64,000 nucleotides of DNA from a virus: the IMG/VR virus record IMGVR_UViG_3300028840_006907, positions 128,001 to 192,000 of that record. One strand, written 5' to 3'. The position numbers and the translations under genes were made by a program. Below are positions 8,663 through 18,371 of this stretch, piece by piece. The notes beneath the pieces are model-generated. The model did not search any database and was not told the DNA's origin. It saw only the letters and a list, made by a program, of their open reading frames with translations. Positions within the stretch are counted from its first letter, which is position 1. Each line of letters opens with the position of its first letter.

Positions 8663-8841
8663 GGTACCATACCTGCCAGGGACCTCTGCATAAAGTTATA
8701 GATAATGGTGAATCCAGAGTTATTTGTATGGGTGCTATAAAAACTTTAATATTAAAAGGCCATGAAATAGATATAGAGGAAAATGTTCCCAGGAAGTTTA
8801 AGAAGGAGTTGTCCAGTATTGTTATAATCGATAATTCATAA
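8629..8841 (+). CDS. hypothetical small protein
   Basis: ORF track; GGAGAGGG upstream of ATG. Confidence 0.35.
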   Translation: MSRDSECEESLRYHTCQGPLHKVIDNGESRVICMGAIKTLILKGHEIDIEENVPRKFKKELSSIVIIDNS

Positions 8842-8868
8842 TAATTCATTAATATCGATTTAAATAGT

Positions 8869-9246
8869 ATGGCAAAGAAAAAAATATTCGAAATCGATAA
8901 AGACAGTATTGTTAAAGCAACTAAAGAGGGTTATCTATATTGTTGTACTATACCACCTCATGGAGAAATCCGTGGGGATAGAAATAAGCGTTATATTTAT
9001 TACCATAGAGCTTTAATGGAACAAAAATTAGGTCGTTTTCTTAAATCTTGGGAAGAGGTTGACCATAAAAATGGGGATAAAACTGATAACCGCCTATCAA
9101 ATCTTGTTTTAAAGGTACATGGAGAGCATCAACGTGATCATGCCAATAATGGTAATAGCTTCTGGAAAAAGAGTCCTCTGAATAAACCTGGTGCGAAACG
9201 AAAGGCTCATAGAGTAATAGCTAAGTTTTTGGGAGAAATGTGTTAA
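8869..9246 (+). CDS. HNH homing-endonuclease-like protein
   Basis: VDHKNGDKTDNRLSNL...HGEHQRDH motif. Confidence 0.55.
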   Translation: MAKKKIFEIDKDSIVKATKEGYLYCCTIPPHGEIRGDRNKRYIYYHRALMEQKLGRFLKSWEEVDHKNGDKTDNRLSNLVLKVHGEHQRDHANNGNSFWKKSPLNKPGAKRKAHRVIAKFLGEMC

Positions 9247-9478
9247 AGAATACTTTTTCGGCTTCTTGTGGAGTATACTTTTTAAATAAGAGTGATATCT
9301 TTTTTCCTTCAATATCTAAAATTCTTTCTACATAAGGTTGCCCTATTTCAGGTATAAATTTATTTGCAAATTTATTATTTTTCTGTATTTTCAATGAATG
9401 GTGATATCTTAATTTTGAAGGAATATCTTTTATTCTTTTTTTAGGTTTTTTCTCTAAAATTATCTCATATCTACCCAT
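9221..9478 (-). CDS. small protein, MGRY N-terminal motif family (paralog 6)
   Basis: N-terminus MGRYEIILEKKPKK, near-identical to paralog 1 N-terminus but on the opposite strand about 9 kb away. Confidence 0.45.
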   Translation of the reverse strand: MGRYEIILEKKPKKRIKDIPSKLRYHHSLKIQKNNKFANKFIPEIGQPYVERILDIEGKKISLLFKKYTPQEAEKVFFNTFLPKT

Positions 9479-9481
9479 GAT

Positions 9482-9985
9482 TTAAAAAGTTTTCCATGAA
9501 GTCCCTTCTGAATTACCTGCTCCGGGTCCAGCAGTAAAACCGCAGGTCTTACAAGTAGGGTACTGCCAGCATGTGGTACCATTTCCTTCATAAGTCCGAC
9601 AACAACGACAGTTTGTATATGTATATTTTATATCAATTCCCCCACATTTGGGGCATGGGTCTTGTCCGTTTCTTAGAATACCTTTTTCATCAAATAACTT
9701 TTTCAGTCGTCTTTTTTCTTTGTATAGGTTCTCAATCTTTTTATCTATTTTTTCAATCATTTTAGTAAAGATAGGATTAGCCTTGTTCCAAGCAATTCGG
9801 ATTGATTCATATTCTGCTCCTAAAGCACAAATACTTACCTTTACTGTATTATTACATTTTTTATTTGAGCACCGGGCCTCACCGGGATTAAAGGTTGTAT
9901 AACCGCAATGCCCAGCCAAGATTCCTTTGGTACCACATTTTAAACAGGGGTTAACCTTTTTATTAATAGGAGTTTTTAGTTCCAT
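9482..9985 (-). CDS. Cys-rich protein (multiple CxxC)
   Basis: ORF track; CLKCG, CPKCGG, CKTCG and other CxxC pairs. Confidence 0.4.
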   Translation of the reverse strand: MELKTPINKKVNPCLKCGTKGILAGHCGYTTFNPGEARCSNKKCNNTVKVSICALGAEYESIRIAWNKANPIFTKMIEKIDKKIENLYKEKRRLKKLFDEKGILRNGQDPCPKCGGIDIKYTYTNCRCCRTYEGNGTTCWQYPTCKTCGFTAGPGAGNSEGTSWKTF

Positions 9986-10164
9986 TTAAGTCTCTTTCTG
10001 TTTAAAGCAATCACGCCAATTATCACCGAAATGTTCTTGTGCAAATTTAATTGTAATAACTCTGACTGAATTACAATTATCACAAGGTCTATCCATACTA
10101 TCCTGCTCATGACCACATTCTGAACATACATAATTCATTTTATTGCCTCCCTCAGGTTTATATA

Positions 10165-10566
10165 TTATCTACAAGCTCCTGCACAACTCTTACCACAGTG
10201 CTTCCAAAATTCATCCCATTTCTTTTTACTGGCATTTTTCTTAGGTAACCGGGCAATGGGGCCTATCCATCTTACATCATCTGACCCACATTTACACATA
10301 CGTACTACACCAGAACGTTTAAGTACAAAATAATCAGGCCATACATAAATTTTATGGCATTCGTAACATATTACTTTATAGGAAGCTCGGGTAGTTTCTG
10401 TCCTTTCACAATAAACTTCCCCTTTCCTAGGTTTATTTTTTCGTAAAGGTTTAAGGGGTGTTTGTTTATATACCTTTGCTCTTATAGTTTTAAGAAATTT
10501 CTGGAATATCCTTTGTCTTTCCTCACCATTAATAGCATCTCTTAATTCTTGGCCTAACGTTTTCAT
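10165..10566 (-). CDS. Cys-rich hypothetical protein
   Basis: ORF track; CYECH...CKCGSDD...CGKSCAGAC. Confidence 0.4.
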   Translation of the reverse strand: MKTLGQELRDAINGEERQRIFQKFLKTIRAKVYKQTPLKPLRKNKPRKGEVYCERTETTRASYKVICYECHKIYVWPDYFVLKRSGVVRMCKCGSDDVRWIGPIARLPKKNASKKKWDEFWKHCGKSCAGACR

Positions 10567-10612
10567 GTAAATATTCCTCTTAAAATTGTGCCTTGAAAAC
10601 TTGCACCGTTTT

Positions 10613-10915
10613 TTAAATATTTTGATTTATGATTTTGCCTTTATATTCCTTAAGCATCTCATCCATATTGGTGATCCGAATTTTTTTATTGAACTGCTTT
10701 GCCATTCCCCTGGGACTTTTTAAAATTAGTCCAGTATCATCTAATTCGAAATATTCCCATTCCCGACGTTGATATCCAAGAGATTTAACAATACGCATAC
10801 CGTAACCTCCCCCTTCATTTTTATGTACTGCATTAGATTGACAGCCCATAACATTGTAACTGGCTAAATATTTTAGGAGGGGAAATTCCTCATATTTGAT
10901 TTCTTTGACTTTCAT
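10613..10915 (-). CDS. hypothetical protein
   Basis: ORF track. Confidence 0.35.
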   Translation of the reverse strand: MKVKEIKYEEFPLLKYLASYNVMGCQSNAVHKNEGGGYGMRIVKSLGYQRREWEYFELDDTGLILKSPRGMAKQFNKKIRITNMDEMLKEYKGKIINQNI

Positions 10916-11277
10916 TTTTTACTGTAACCTTTTTTACGTTTATATTCTACTCTTGTTAACCATCCACTAAAAGAAATTAATGCTCTTCTTTTTAATCTGG
11001 GCTTTGAATAAAAGCGTGATTTATAGTGCTTCCTTTGAAATGATAACTTTCTTCTGAGTTTGATTAATTCAGGATCAATCGGTTTTAAATGATACTCTTC
11101 TTGTTTTTCAGGTTCAGGCTCTCCCGTAAAAGTACCCATGGCAACTGGAGTCCTACCTACAAAAACAATAGTACAAGTCCATGTGCAATTAGCACAACAA
11201 GTAGAAGTTAATCCCCATCCTTGAGGGCATTGATTATAATAAGTTCCTCCAGTGCCTGTGCAAGAGATATCTATCAT
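10912..11277 (-). CDS. hypothetical Cys-rich protein
   Basis: ORF track; ATGA-type overlaps with neighbours. Confidence 0.35.
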   Translation of the reverse strand: MIDISCTGTGGTYYNQCPQGWGLTSTCCANCTWTCTIVFVGRTPVAMGTFTGEPEPEKQEEYHLKPIDPELIKLRRKLSFQRKHYKSRFYSKPRLKRRALISFSGWLTRVEYKRKKGYSKK

Positions 11278-12089
11278 TTGTCAGGTATCTCCTGGAATTT
11301 GTTACTGTATTTCCATTTAAATCCACCACCTGTTCTATTTGTAAAAAATTTTTTTCCAGACGGATCATTTCTATTCCTATCTTTTCGGTTCCTGGCTACT
11401 GCTGTTATTTTAGACTTATCTACACCTGTTACAAAAGAAGCTTCTTTAATACTGCTGTATGTGCATATTAAGTTTACTCCCTTTTTATCCCATTGTTCTA
11501 CAGGTCTTTCAAATTTTTTGCACCATTGTTCTTTGGTTATTATTTCAAGGTTGTCTAATGCATATGGTTTATTTGTATCAATTCGGGTTATATATGGTGT
11601 TAAACCTTTATTTTGTTTATCTTGTACCCATATCCGAAACATTTTGAAAAATTTATATTGATCGGAGATCCATCCTAAAAACTCATCGAATGAATAAGAA
11701 AGATCTTCTCCTTTTTTTCTTGAAAGTGCCTTATGACGATTGTAAACTTTATTTAGAAAATCATTAACATAATTGAGCCTTTTTTTCTTCCAAATTTTAT
11801 GACAGTCTTTGCATATGTTGAAATTTTTACGAGCTTTATTTTTATCAGTTAATTCAACTCTACATTTACAACATACTTTTTGGTTATCATGTTCATAATT
11901 TTCTGCATATTTCCAGATGTAACCTCCACAACTTTTAGATTTACCAACAACACAATTATTTATAGTTTGTCGATGTAATTTATTCTTTCTTGCAGCCATG
12001 GATATTGAAGGGTAAGTCTTTATGGCTCTACCGGTTTCCATTGAATATTTTGTAACTGCTCTCCATCGAGTCTTTGGTATATTAATCAT
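11274..12089 (-). CDS. putative DNA-binding protein with two repeated homing-endonuclease-associated-like modules
   Basis: N- and C-terminal segments repeat the pattern GxxYxSIxEA/MAxxxGxxxxxIxxxxxxK...GGYxWKY; CxxC pairs in the middle. Confidence 0.35.
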   Translation of the reverse strand: MINIPKTRWRAVTKYSMETGRAIKTYPSISMAARKNKLHRQTINNCVVGKSKSCGGYIWKYAENYEHDNQKVCCKCRVELTDKNKARKNFNICKDCHKIWKKKRLNYVNDFLNKVYNRHKALSRKKGEDLSYSFDEFLGWISDQYKFFKMFRIWVQDKQNKGLTPYITRIDTNKPYALDNLEIITKEQWCKKFERPVEQWDKKGVNLICTYSSIKEASFVTGVDKSKITAVARNRKDRNRNDPSGKKFFTNRTGGGFKWKYSNKFQEIPDK

Positions 12090-13297
12090 GGTTTTTTACA
12101 GAAATGATAAAGTTTACGTTTTTCTGGAAAAGATTTACCTATCCGGGATTCTCCTAATAACTTATAATAATTAAATCCGACATCTCTGAAAATAGTTACA
12201 ACATCTCCGTCCGAGTCATGAGGCTCAAGAAATACATGTCGAAAAAGTGATAAATATTTAAGTAGTCTCTTTTTCTTTTTAATCCATCGTAAAAAACTGA
12301 AACAAAAAACTACGTCATAATCATATCCAAGGATGTTTTCATATTCTGAATTATCAAGATCTATTTGAATAATTCTCATCTTATCAGTAGGAATTCGAAA
12401 AGCATTTTTTACTATCTGTGTAGCTTGTAGATGAACCGAATTAAAATCAATTGCAGTAGCTGAATCTATCCCACAATATTTGAAGAGATAGGCAGGGACA
12501 AGTCCCATACAGGTACCTAGATCAAGTACTTTGAGCCCTTCCCAGCAAATTTCATTTTTAAATTTAGTCCATCTTAAATTCCAATTTCTTTCCCCTTCAT
12601 AATACTTCCCATTTATGGTAACGTTATAATAGGGTTTAAAATTCATACCACCCGTGGAATAAGACCAGGCTTTTTCTATAAGAGGAATATCGATTCCAGA
12701 ACGTTCGATAGTAATTGTTTCATTATATAAATTCTTTAGAAATTCATAATAGTCAACTGGGATGCATTGTAAGTGGTATAAAGGGATCTTTATAAAATCT
12801 CTGATATTTGCTATTGATTCAAGATCGATTATACCGTATTCATATCCATTATCAGTTACATTTGATTGGACTAAGTCATAAAAGAAGAACCCAGTTTTTC
12901 GGGCATTTTCGGTTAAAGTTTTAAAGAATCGTTTATACTTGTCGTTCTGTTTATTTACATTTTCAAAAGTACTAAATTCATGCTTATTTTTATACCGTTG
13001 AATATCCCCGTATAGTTTACCATCTATTTCCTTCATGGGACAAGAGACATATCCCATGCTGTACCCTATACAAGAGCCGTTATCAGAAAGAATAACTTCT
13101 TTGATGTCAGCAAGACCATTATAAAATCCTGCATTTACAGCTTGTAGAAATAGACTTCCTATATGTCGTTCCCAAAGGACATAGTCTTCTTTCCAAAGTT
13201 TGTAATATGTTTTATTTAAAGGGTCGTAAAATAATCTGTTTTCTTTTACAATTTCTAGTGCACAGAAGTCAATAGTATCTATATATGTAAATTTCAT
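12086..13297 (-). CDS. protein with C-terminal class I SAM-dependent methyltransferase-like domain
   Basis: VLDLGTCMGLVPAYL (motif I-like), IIQIDLD, DVVFCFSFL in translation. Confidence 0.4.
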   Translation of the reverse strand: MKFTYIDTIDFCALEIVKENRLFYDPLNKTYYKLWKEDYVLWERHIGSLFLQAVNAGFYNGLADIKEVILSDNGSCIGYSMGYVSCPMKEIDGKLYGDIQRYKNKHEFSTFENVNKQNDKYKRFFKTLTENARKTGFFFYDLVQSNVTDNGYEYGIIDLESIANIRDFIKIPLYHLQCIPVDYYEFLKNLYNETITIERSGIDIPLIEKAWSYSTGGMNFKPYYNVTINGKYYEGERNWNLRWTKFKNEICWEGLKVLDLGTCMGLVPAYLFKYCGIDSATAIDFNSVHLQATQIVKNAFRIPTDKMRIIQIDLDNSEYENILGYDYDVVFCFSFLRWIKKKKRLLKYLSLFRHVFLEPHDSDGDVVTIFRDVGFNYYKLLGESRIGKSFPEKRKLYHFCKKP

Positions 13298-13306
13298 TAA
13301 TTCTCC

Positions 13307-13804
13307 TTAATCTGATATAAGAATAAATTCACTTTCATGAACATTAAATTTGTCAGGATCCCATGTTGATACGATAATTTGGATTAATTCATTGGCTTTG
13401 TTTTTTGTCGCATCAATTCCTTGAAGACCGCATTTTACATTATTTTTAATATTACTAGCACCTGAAATTGTGACCATATCATCATTTTTGGAAATTGTAT
13501 TTAAGATACGGCCCATTGTATCCATGGAAAGAAGTTGTACATCTTTAAAGATAAAACGAAATAGAGAATATTTTTTTTCTTCGTAATGTCTTTTCTGTAT
13601 ATCAGGCCAACAAATATTATGGAATTTTTTAATTTCTTTTTTAATACTGTTTATGTCTTCAATCACTTCTTTCCATTCATTAGAGATGGTATAATTAGGG
13701 ATAGAAATTTCATGAGCCGTTTCAATTCCGGCTTCAATTAGTAAAGTCGTTCTTAATATTCTTGTTTTCTGATAATATTCGAGATAATTTTTTATTTGAC
13801 CCAT
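13307..13804 (-). CDS. hypothetical protein
   Basis: ORF track; GAGGA upstream of ATG. Confidence 0.4.
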   Translation of the reverse strand: MGQIKNYLEYYQKTRILRTTLLIEAGIETAHEISIPNYTISNEWKEVIEDINSIKKEIKKFHNICWPDIQKRHYEEKKYSLFRFIFKDVQLLSMDTMGRILNTISKNDDMVTISGASNIKNNVKCGLQGIDATKNKANELIQIIVSTWDPDKFNVHESEFILISD

Positions 13805-14084
13805 TTTTTATTTCCTCTTCTTTTTTCTTAATATCAAATGAAATCATCCCTATTATATAAATTATAAAAGTTGCAGTAAAAATTATAATAGGAGGTAAGA
13901 TTTTAAACCCTAACCATAGGATAATACTGACAACATAAATAATAATAATAATAATCCATGTAATAATGAATCTGTTAGGTGGCTCATAAAAACATTTCAA
14001 TTCTTCATAAGTACTATTTTTCATATGGTAATTTTTTCTCCCACTGCTTTCCACAAATTTTACATTCCATAGTGACTTTACCAT
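13734..14084 (-). CDS. hypothetical membrane protein (start uncertain)
   Basis: ORF track; hydrophobic segments IITWIIIIIIYVVSIILWLGF; overlaps both neighbours by about 70 nt. Confidence 0.25.
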   Translation of the reverse strand: MVKSLWNVKFVESSGRKNYHMKNSTYEELKCFYEPPNRFIITWIIIIIIYVVSIILWLGFKILPPIIIFTATFIIYIIGMISFDIKKKEEEIKNGSNKKLSRILSENKNIKNDFTN

Positions 14085-14382
14085 CTCTTTTGCTATTCGG
14101 GATTTCTCTACTTTCAGTATGTATCCAACGTATATCTTCAGAATCCCTGTCTTGTGTATAAGGGTAATCAGGTGTACATTTTTCTATAGTCTTTTTTAAC
14201 TTTTTCAGTCTTTCTCTAATTTTTTCTTGCCTCTTTCCGAATTCTGGGTCACATTTTTCCATGTGCTCACTCCAGTGGCCCCGTTTTATTCTTTTATGGC
14301 ATATTTGACAAGTAAAACAACATGCAATAGTGTGTTTGATGCTTTTATTGTCATGGCATTTACAGTGGCATTCTTCAGTCAA
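14014..14382 (-). CDS. zinc-finger protein
   Basis: CHCKCH...CCFTCQICHK...CKICGK. Confidence 0.4.
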   Translation of the reverse strand: MTEECHCKCHDNKSIKHTIACCFTCQICHKRIKRGHWSEHMEKCDPEFGKRQEKIRERLKKLKKTIEKCTPDYPYTQDRDSEDIRWIHTESREIPNSKRDGKVTMECKICGKQWEKKLPYEK

Positions 14383-14401
14383 TTTTATATCTCCCCTTTA
14401 A

Positions 14402-15571
14402 TTATCCAAAATTAGACTTTCGGGTCAGAGGTATCTTTTTTGCAGTATCCGCAAATAGTTTTAACCCTTTCCATGAATCAATGTGGTAGGAAGTAATATA
14501 AGGTGCCTTAGGAGGTGGGCAACCACAATGCCCGTTAACTCTAACTGATCTTTTACCCTCTTTATTGGCATACATCTCCTTAGCATCTTTTAAAGGCATA
14601 TTCCCATCGACCATCCAGTAAGTCCATGCTCTTTCAAAGGTGAAACCCGGGAGTTCTCCAGAGATAGAGAAAGGAACTTCTCCGTCACCTTTTTTAGATA
14701 CAATATCAATACCGGCTAGATCAAGTTCAAGTCTGATGTAATGATCACAAGCTACCTCTCCAGCAAGATTCCCCATTGTATAACTTTCTCCATTATTGGC
14801 TAGATGCGTTTCGCATTTCTTTTTGATTTTTTTCTGATAACATTCTTCGTGGAAATATTTCCATTTTTCATAAAGAACTTCATCATTTTCTTCAATGACA
14901 TAATTTTCATCTATATTTTTTCTGCCATTTTTGTTTTTCTCATAACCATATTCTTTATCAATAGTCAGGTCAATGAGCCCCCTATTGAAAATAGTATGAT
15001 GAAATATATAGACAGTATTTTTGTCTGTGTTTCGAAGCTCTTTTTCAATTTCTGTTAAAGTTTTCCCGACGTATTTGGAGTTTATCTCAAATTGGTTAGA
15101 GTACCGTAATCTTTTGGTTTTATGGCAATACTCTACTTCCCATCCTTTATTACAGTGGGAACATTTTACATAAGCGGGAGGTAAATCATTGCCCATTGAG
15201 AATGAGATACTTATAGGATACGGCCTTTTGTTTTTTGCCCAATCAAAATCTTCTGCATCCATCTCTTCTCGGGTTAATATATTAGGGATATTTTCTTTAC
15301 TCCATCTTTCAATAAAATCCCAAAATTCTGTCTTTGTAAAAACTTTTCCTACAGGAAAATTGAAAATTTTCTCTACCGGAATAAAACCTGTCGCAGTACC
15401 TAAATTACCACACGTATCGAGATAATATCGACCTAAGACATAATATTCGTATAGTCTTTCATCACGTTTGTAACCTGCTTCGTGTCTTTCATTGATCATT
15501 TCCCAAAATGTGTTGTAAGATTTAAGTGACTTTTCGATTCCTTTAATTGTGTTATAGTCTTGTTTTTTCAT
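14402..15571 (-). CDS. hypothetical protein (389 aa)
   Basis: Long uninterrupted ORF in the track. Confidence 0.5.
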   Translation of the reverse strand: MKKQDYNTIKGIEKSLKSYNTFWEMINERHEAGYKRDERLYEYYVLGRYYLDTCGNLGTATGFIPVEKIFNFPVGKVFTKTEFWDFIERWSKENIPNILTREEMDAEDFDWAKNKRPYPISISFSMGNDLPPAYVKCSHCNKGWEVEYCHKTKRLRYSNQFEINSKYVGKTLTEIEKELRNTDKNTVYIFHHTIFNRGLIDLTIDKEYGYEKNKNGRKNIDENYVIEENDEVLYEKWKYFHEECYQKKIKKKCETHLANNGESYTMGNLAGEVACDHYIRLELDLAGIDIVSKKGDGEVPFSISGELPGFTFERAWTYWMVDGNMPLKDAKEMYANKEGKRSVRVNGHCGCPPPKAPYITSYHIDSWKGLKLFADTAKKIPLTRKSNFG

Positions 15572-16599
15572 TTTACCACATGTTTAGAAGTGATTGTTTC
15601 TGCGAATTCTGGCCCCCTATCATAGTCATCAATCCATATGTTATCACAGTGCCGATTTCCTTTTTTCTCACTGCCGTACCATTGTGTCCTCCAATGTGCC
15701 TCAACTCTTATCTTATGATCCAGTTTCCATTTTCCGACACCTCCAGCTTGTTTGATACGAGTTATATCGTTATTCTTATCCTTTATATTTGAACCAACAA
15801 TAATAAATCTTTTGTTGGTAGCTTTTTCTTTCCTTTGTTCCAGTTTTCTTTTCTTGGTTTTATTTTTAATATTTTTTAATCTTGCATCAAAATCTAGTGG
15901 ATCATGGTTTTTTAAATCAGGTTTTTTGCTTGTGATATATAAAAGAGTGTTAAATACAAATTTTGCGAATTCTTCTAAATGATCAACATTTTTATATAAA
16001 TCATATTTATCTACTTCTTCCTTTTTTCTTTTTGTCTCATTTTCAATATAAATCTTTAATTGATCCTGAATTTTTCCAGGTTGCATTTCTATGTGGAAAT
16101 AAAAGGTGGTATCATTAAATGGTATGTCTGGTGTAGGTTTTAATAATGAACATGCCATTACTCTAATATGCTTTTCAGTATTGAAATCTCGAAGATAAAC
16201 GTAAAAACCATTTACAGGATGTTTACTTCCATCTATATCATTTATAGAAAAAAGACCTGGATCTATCTGTATAAAAATTTCTCTAAACGGGGATCTTAAG
16301 AAATAAGCATCAGTATTACAATTTGTTTGGGCTAGTCTTGCTGAAAGTTCTGGTGTTATATAGTATATCTGATCAGCATTATTTTTCATTTGATACATAT
16401 GAAAATATGTATTGTAAAAATGACTTATTCTTGCTGGTGAATCAAATTCAGTAAAAATAGAAGAAGTAGCATTACAAAATTGTTTGAATGTAGGATCAAA
16501 ACCAATATCGAGCATATTTTGTACTAGTATAGTTGGGGCTACTGTCTCTAGATGTTTAATAGCCAGTTCATAATGAGTTTTTGTGAAATACTTCTCCAT
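15568..16599 (-). CDS. hypothetical protein (343 aa)
   Basis: Long uninterrupted ORF; ATGA overlap with downstream gene. Confidence 0.5.
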   Translation of the reverse strand: MEKYFTKTHYELAIKHLETVAPTILVQNMLDIGFDPTFKQFCNATSSIFTEFDSPARISHFYNTYFHMYQMKNNADQIYYITPELSARLAQTNCNTDAYFLRSPFREIFIQIDPGLFSINDIDGSKHPVNGFYVYLRDFNTEKHIRVMACSLLKPTPDIPFNDTTFYFHIEMQPGKIQDQLKIYIENETKRKKEEVDKYDLYKNVDHLEEFAKFVFNTLLYITSKKPDLKNHDPLDFDARLKNIKNKTKKRKLEQRKEKATNKRFIIVGSNIKDKNNDITRIKQAGGVGKWKLDHKIRVEAHWRTQWYGSEKKGNRHCDNIWIDDYDRGPEFAETITSKHVVK

Positions 16600-16763
16600 A
16601 ATAATTATACAAAGTTTATAAGGTGTTTCAATAAGAAAAAAATGATTTAATTTCTATTTAATCGTTTAATCAGCGATTATCTATTAATATAATTACCGTA
16701 TATAGAAAGTAATGTACTATAAAAATAAAGTGAAATACCATAAAAGCAAACAGAAATGATAAA

Positions 16764-17390
16764 ATGATTGAGACACTTTTTTATTTTTGCTATTATTCTT
16801 ATTTACTAGGTGACTTAAAAAGTACTGAGATGTACTATTCTCTATTGAGAAAAGAATTCAAAGAACATGGCCGAAAAGATTCATTAGAATCTCACCAATA
16901 CCGAGAATTGAAAAAAGTTAAAGATGCTCTTGATTCTGGAACCATATCCAAGAAGGAATGGGTAGCTGATAAAGTTATTGTACCCAAGATTAATTCAGAG
17001 ATAAAAATAAAACAAGATGAATTGGTCCGGAAGATCCATATGGAGGGGCTAGAACAGCTTAAAGTTATCTTGGATGATTGTGTGCAGATATATAATATTG
17101 AGCATCCTTGTGGCTCCTACGGGGCTGTAGATATGGTTTATAAAGGATTGAATACGATCTATCCGGTGGAAGTGAAACGAAGTCGGGGAGAACATGATTT
17201 AATTGGACAAATAGGAAAGTATGATTTATATCATCGTTTAAGGCTCCATTACAAACATTATAAACATGTTCAACCGGTAACGATATGTCATTCTTATCAG
17301 AAATTTGCTTTAAATGAGTTAAGACAAATGAGGGTTTTGACCTTAATTTATACCATAATTAATAAGAAAATTACTCTAAATGTAATATAA
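16764..17390 (+). CDS. hypothetical protein
   Basis: ORF track; first + strand gene after the divergent intergenic region 16600-16763. Confidence 0.4.
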   Translation: MIETLFYFCYYSYLLGDLKSTEMYYSLLRKEFKEHGRKDSLESHQYRELKKVKDALDSGTISKKEWVADKVIVPKINSEIKIKQDELVRKIHMEGLEQLKVILDDCVQIYNIEHPCGSYGAVDMVYKGLNTIYPVEVKRSRGEHDLIGQIGKYDLYHRLRLHYKHYKHVQPVTICHSYQKFALNELRQMRVLTLIYTIINKKITLNVI

Positions 17391-17487
17391 ATTACTTTTC
17401 TATTGACTTTAAGATCATTTAGGGGTATATTTAAATTAAATTACCTTTTGTTAGAAAACGATAATTTCTAAAGAGTGTGTCAAAGAA

Positions 17488-17565
17488 ATGCTGAGAATGA
17501 CTTTTAATAGTAACCCAAATCCACAACCAAAGAATTTGCTATTCGTTGGGGTTGTTATGATATAG
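17488..17565 (+). CDS. small peptide ORF (25 aa), copy A of a repeated peptide-plus-hairpin unit
   Basis: Translated by eye: MLRMTFNSNPNPQPKNLLFVGVVMI; similar to the peptide at 18036..18110. Confidence 0.25.
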   Translation: MLRMTFNSNPNPQPKNLLFVGVVMI

Positions 17566-17589
17566 TCATAATCTCTACCTTGGATCAGG

Positions 17590-17629
17590 AAAAGCCCCGG
17601 CAAATGAGAGTTCTCCGGGGCTTTTCTTA
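17590..17629 (+). terminator. terminator-like hairpin with conserved loop AATGAGAGTTC (copy A)
   Basis: Stem AAAAGCCCCGG / CCGGGGCTTTT, 14 nt loop CAAATGAGAGTTCT, then T-rich tail. Confidence 0.45.
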
Positions 17630-17646
17630 TTTAATAATGTACTAAT

Positions 17647-17979
17647 ATGAAATTCGGTTCTATCACAGGTTTTTATAAGGGAAGGATAGAACTTATGAAT
17701 AAAGTATCTTGGGATGAGTATAATAGTATGGTAAATTCAGCAATTGATAGTGGGTATCCTTATGCTAGTGGTATTTTAATAGCTGAATTAGAATCCATAG
17801 CTAAGAATCTAACTCATCAAAATAAAAAGATAGAGGAAACATTAGTAAAAGAAGATAAGGATAAATTGGAAATTAGATTGGAATCAGTAAAGTCATGGAA
17901 TAAAGATACTATTGAGGGTATCGAAAGAGCTATTAAAAAAGCTGATGAAGCAGTAAAAAAATTAAGTGTTGACATTTAA
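17647..17979 (+). CDS. hypothetical protein
   Basis: ORF track. Confidence 0.4.
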   Translation: MKFGSITGFYKGRIELMNKVSWDEYNSMVNSAIDSGYPYASGILIAELESIAKNLTHQNKKIEETLVKEDKDKLEIRLESVKSWNKDTIEGIERAIKKADEAVKKLSVDI

Positions 17980-18035
17980 TACAATTTGTGGTATCTTTAA
18001 ATTTACATAGTTTTTATTATAAGGAAAGTTTTAAA

Positions 18036-18110
18036 ATGTTGTTTACAAAAATACTCAATAATAACCCGCAACCTAATCAACCAACGAATATTTATTTGTC
18101 GGGGGCCTGA
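18036..18110 (+). CDS. small peptide ORF (24 aa), copy B of the repeated unit
   Basis: Translated by eye: MLFTKILNNNPQPNQPTNIYLSGA; AAGGAAAG upstream. Confidence 0.25.
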   Translation: MLFTKILNNNPQPNQPTNIYLSGA

Positions 18111-18140
18111 GTATTGTCCAAAAGTTAAACTGAAATCACA

Positions 18141-18175
18141 ACCCCCGGCGAATGAGAGTTCACCGGGGGTTTTTA
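18141..18175 (+). terminator. terminator-like hairpin with conserved loop AATGAGAGTTC (copy B)
   Basis: Stem ACCCCCGG / CCGGGGGT, loop CGAATGAGAGTTCA, then TTTTT. Confidence 0.45.
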
Positions 18176-18179
18176 TTTT

Positions 18180-18255
18180 TGGGATGTCGCCTAACGGTAT
18201 GGCACCTGACTCTGGCTCAGGAATAATCAGGGTTCAAGTCCTTGCATCCCAGCCA
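18180..18255 (+). tRNA. tRNA-Gln (anticodon CTG)
   Basis: Acceptor TGGGATG/CATCCCA with U1-A72 (typical of bacterial tRNA-Gln), anticodon stem CCTGA/TCAGG with loop CTCTGGC, T-loop TTCAAGT, encoded GCCA. Confidence 0.75.
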
Positions 18256-18279
18256 ATTAACTTTAGGAAACAACAATAA

Positions 18280-18353
18280 CGGGGTGTGGCCTAGTCTGGT
18301 AAGGCGTCTGCTTCGGGAGTAGAAAATCGGAGGTTCAAATCCTCTCATCCCGA
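18280..18353 (+). tRNA. tRNA-Pro (anticodon CGG)
   Basis: Acceptor CGGGGTG/CATCCCG with C1-G72, D-stem GCCT/AGGC, anticodon stem TCTGC/GTAGA with loop TTCGGGA, T-loop TTCAAAT. Confidence 0.75.
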
Positions 18354-18371
18354 TTAATAAAGGTAAAAATT

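Noticed and set aside
9571-9902. Plus-strand track ORFs 9571..9765 and 9648..9902
   Set aside because: Both are antisense to the Cys-rich gene 9482..9985 and have hydrophobic low-complexity translations.
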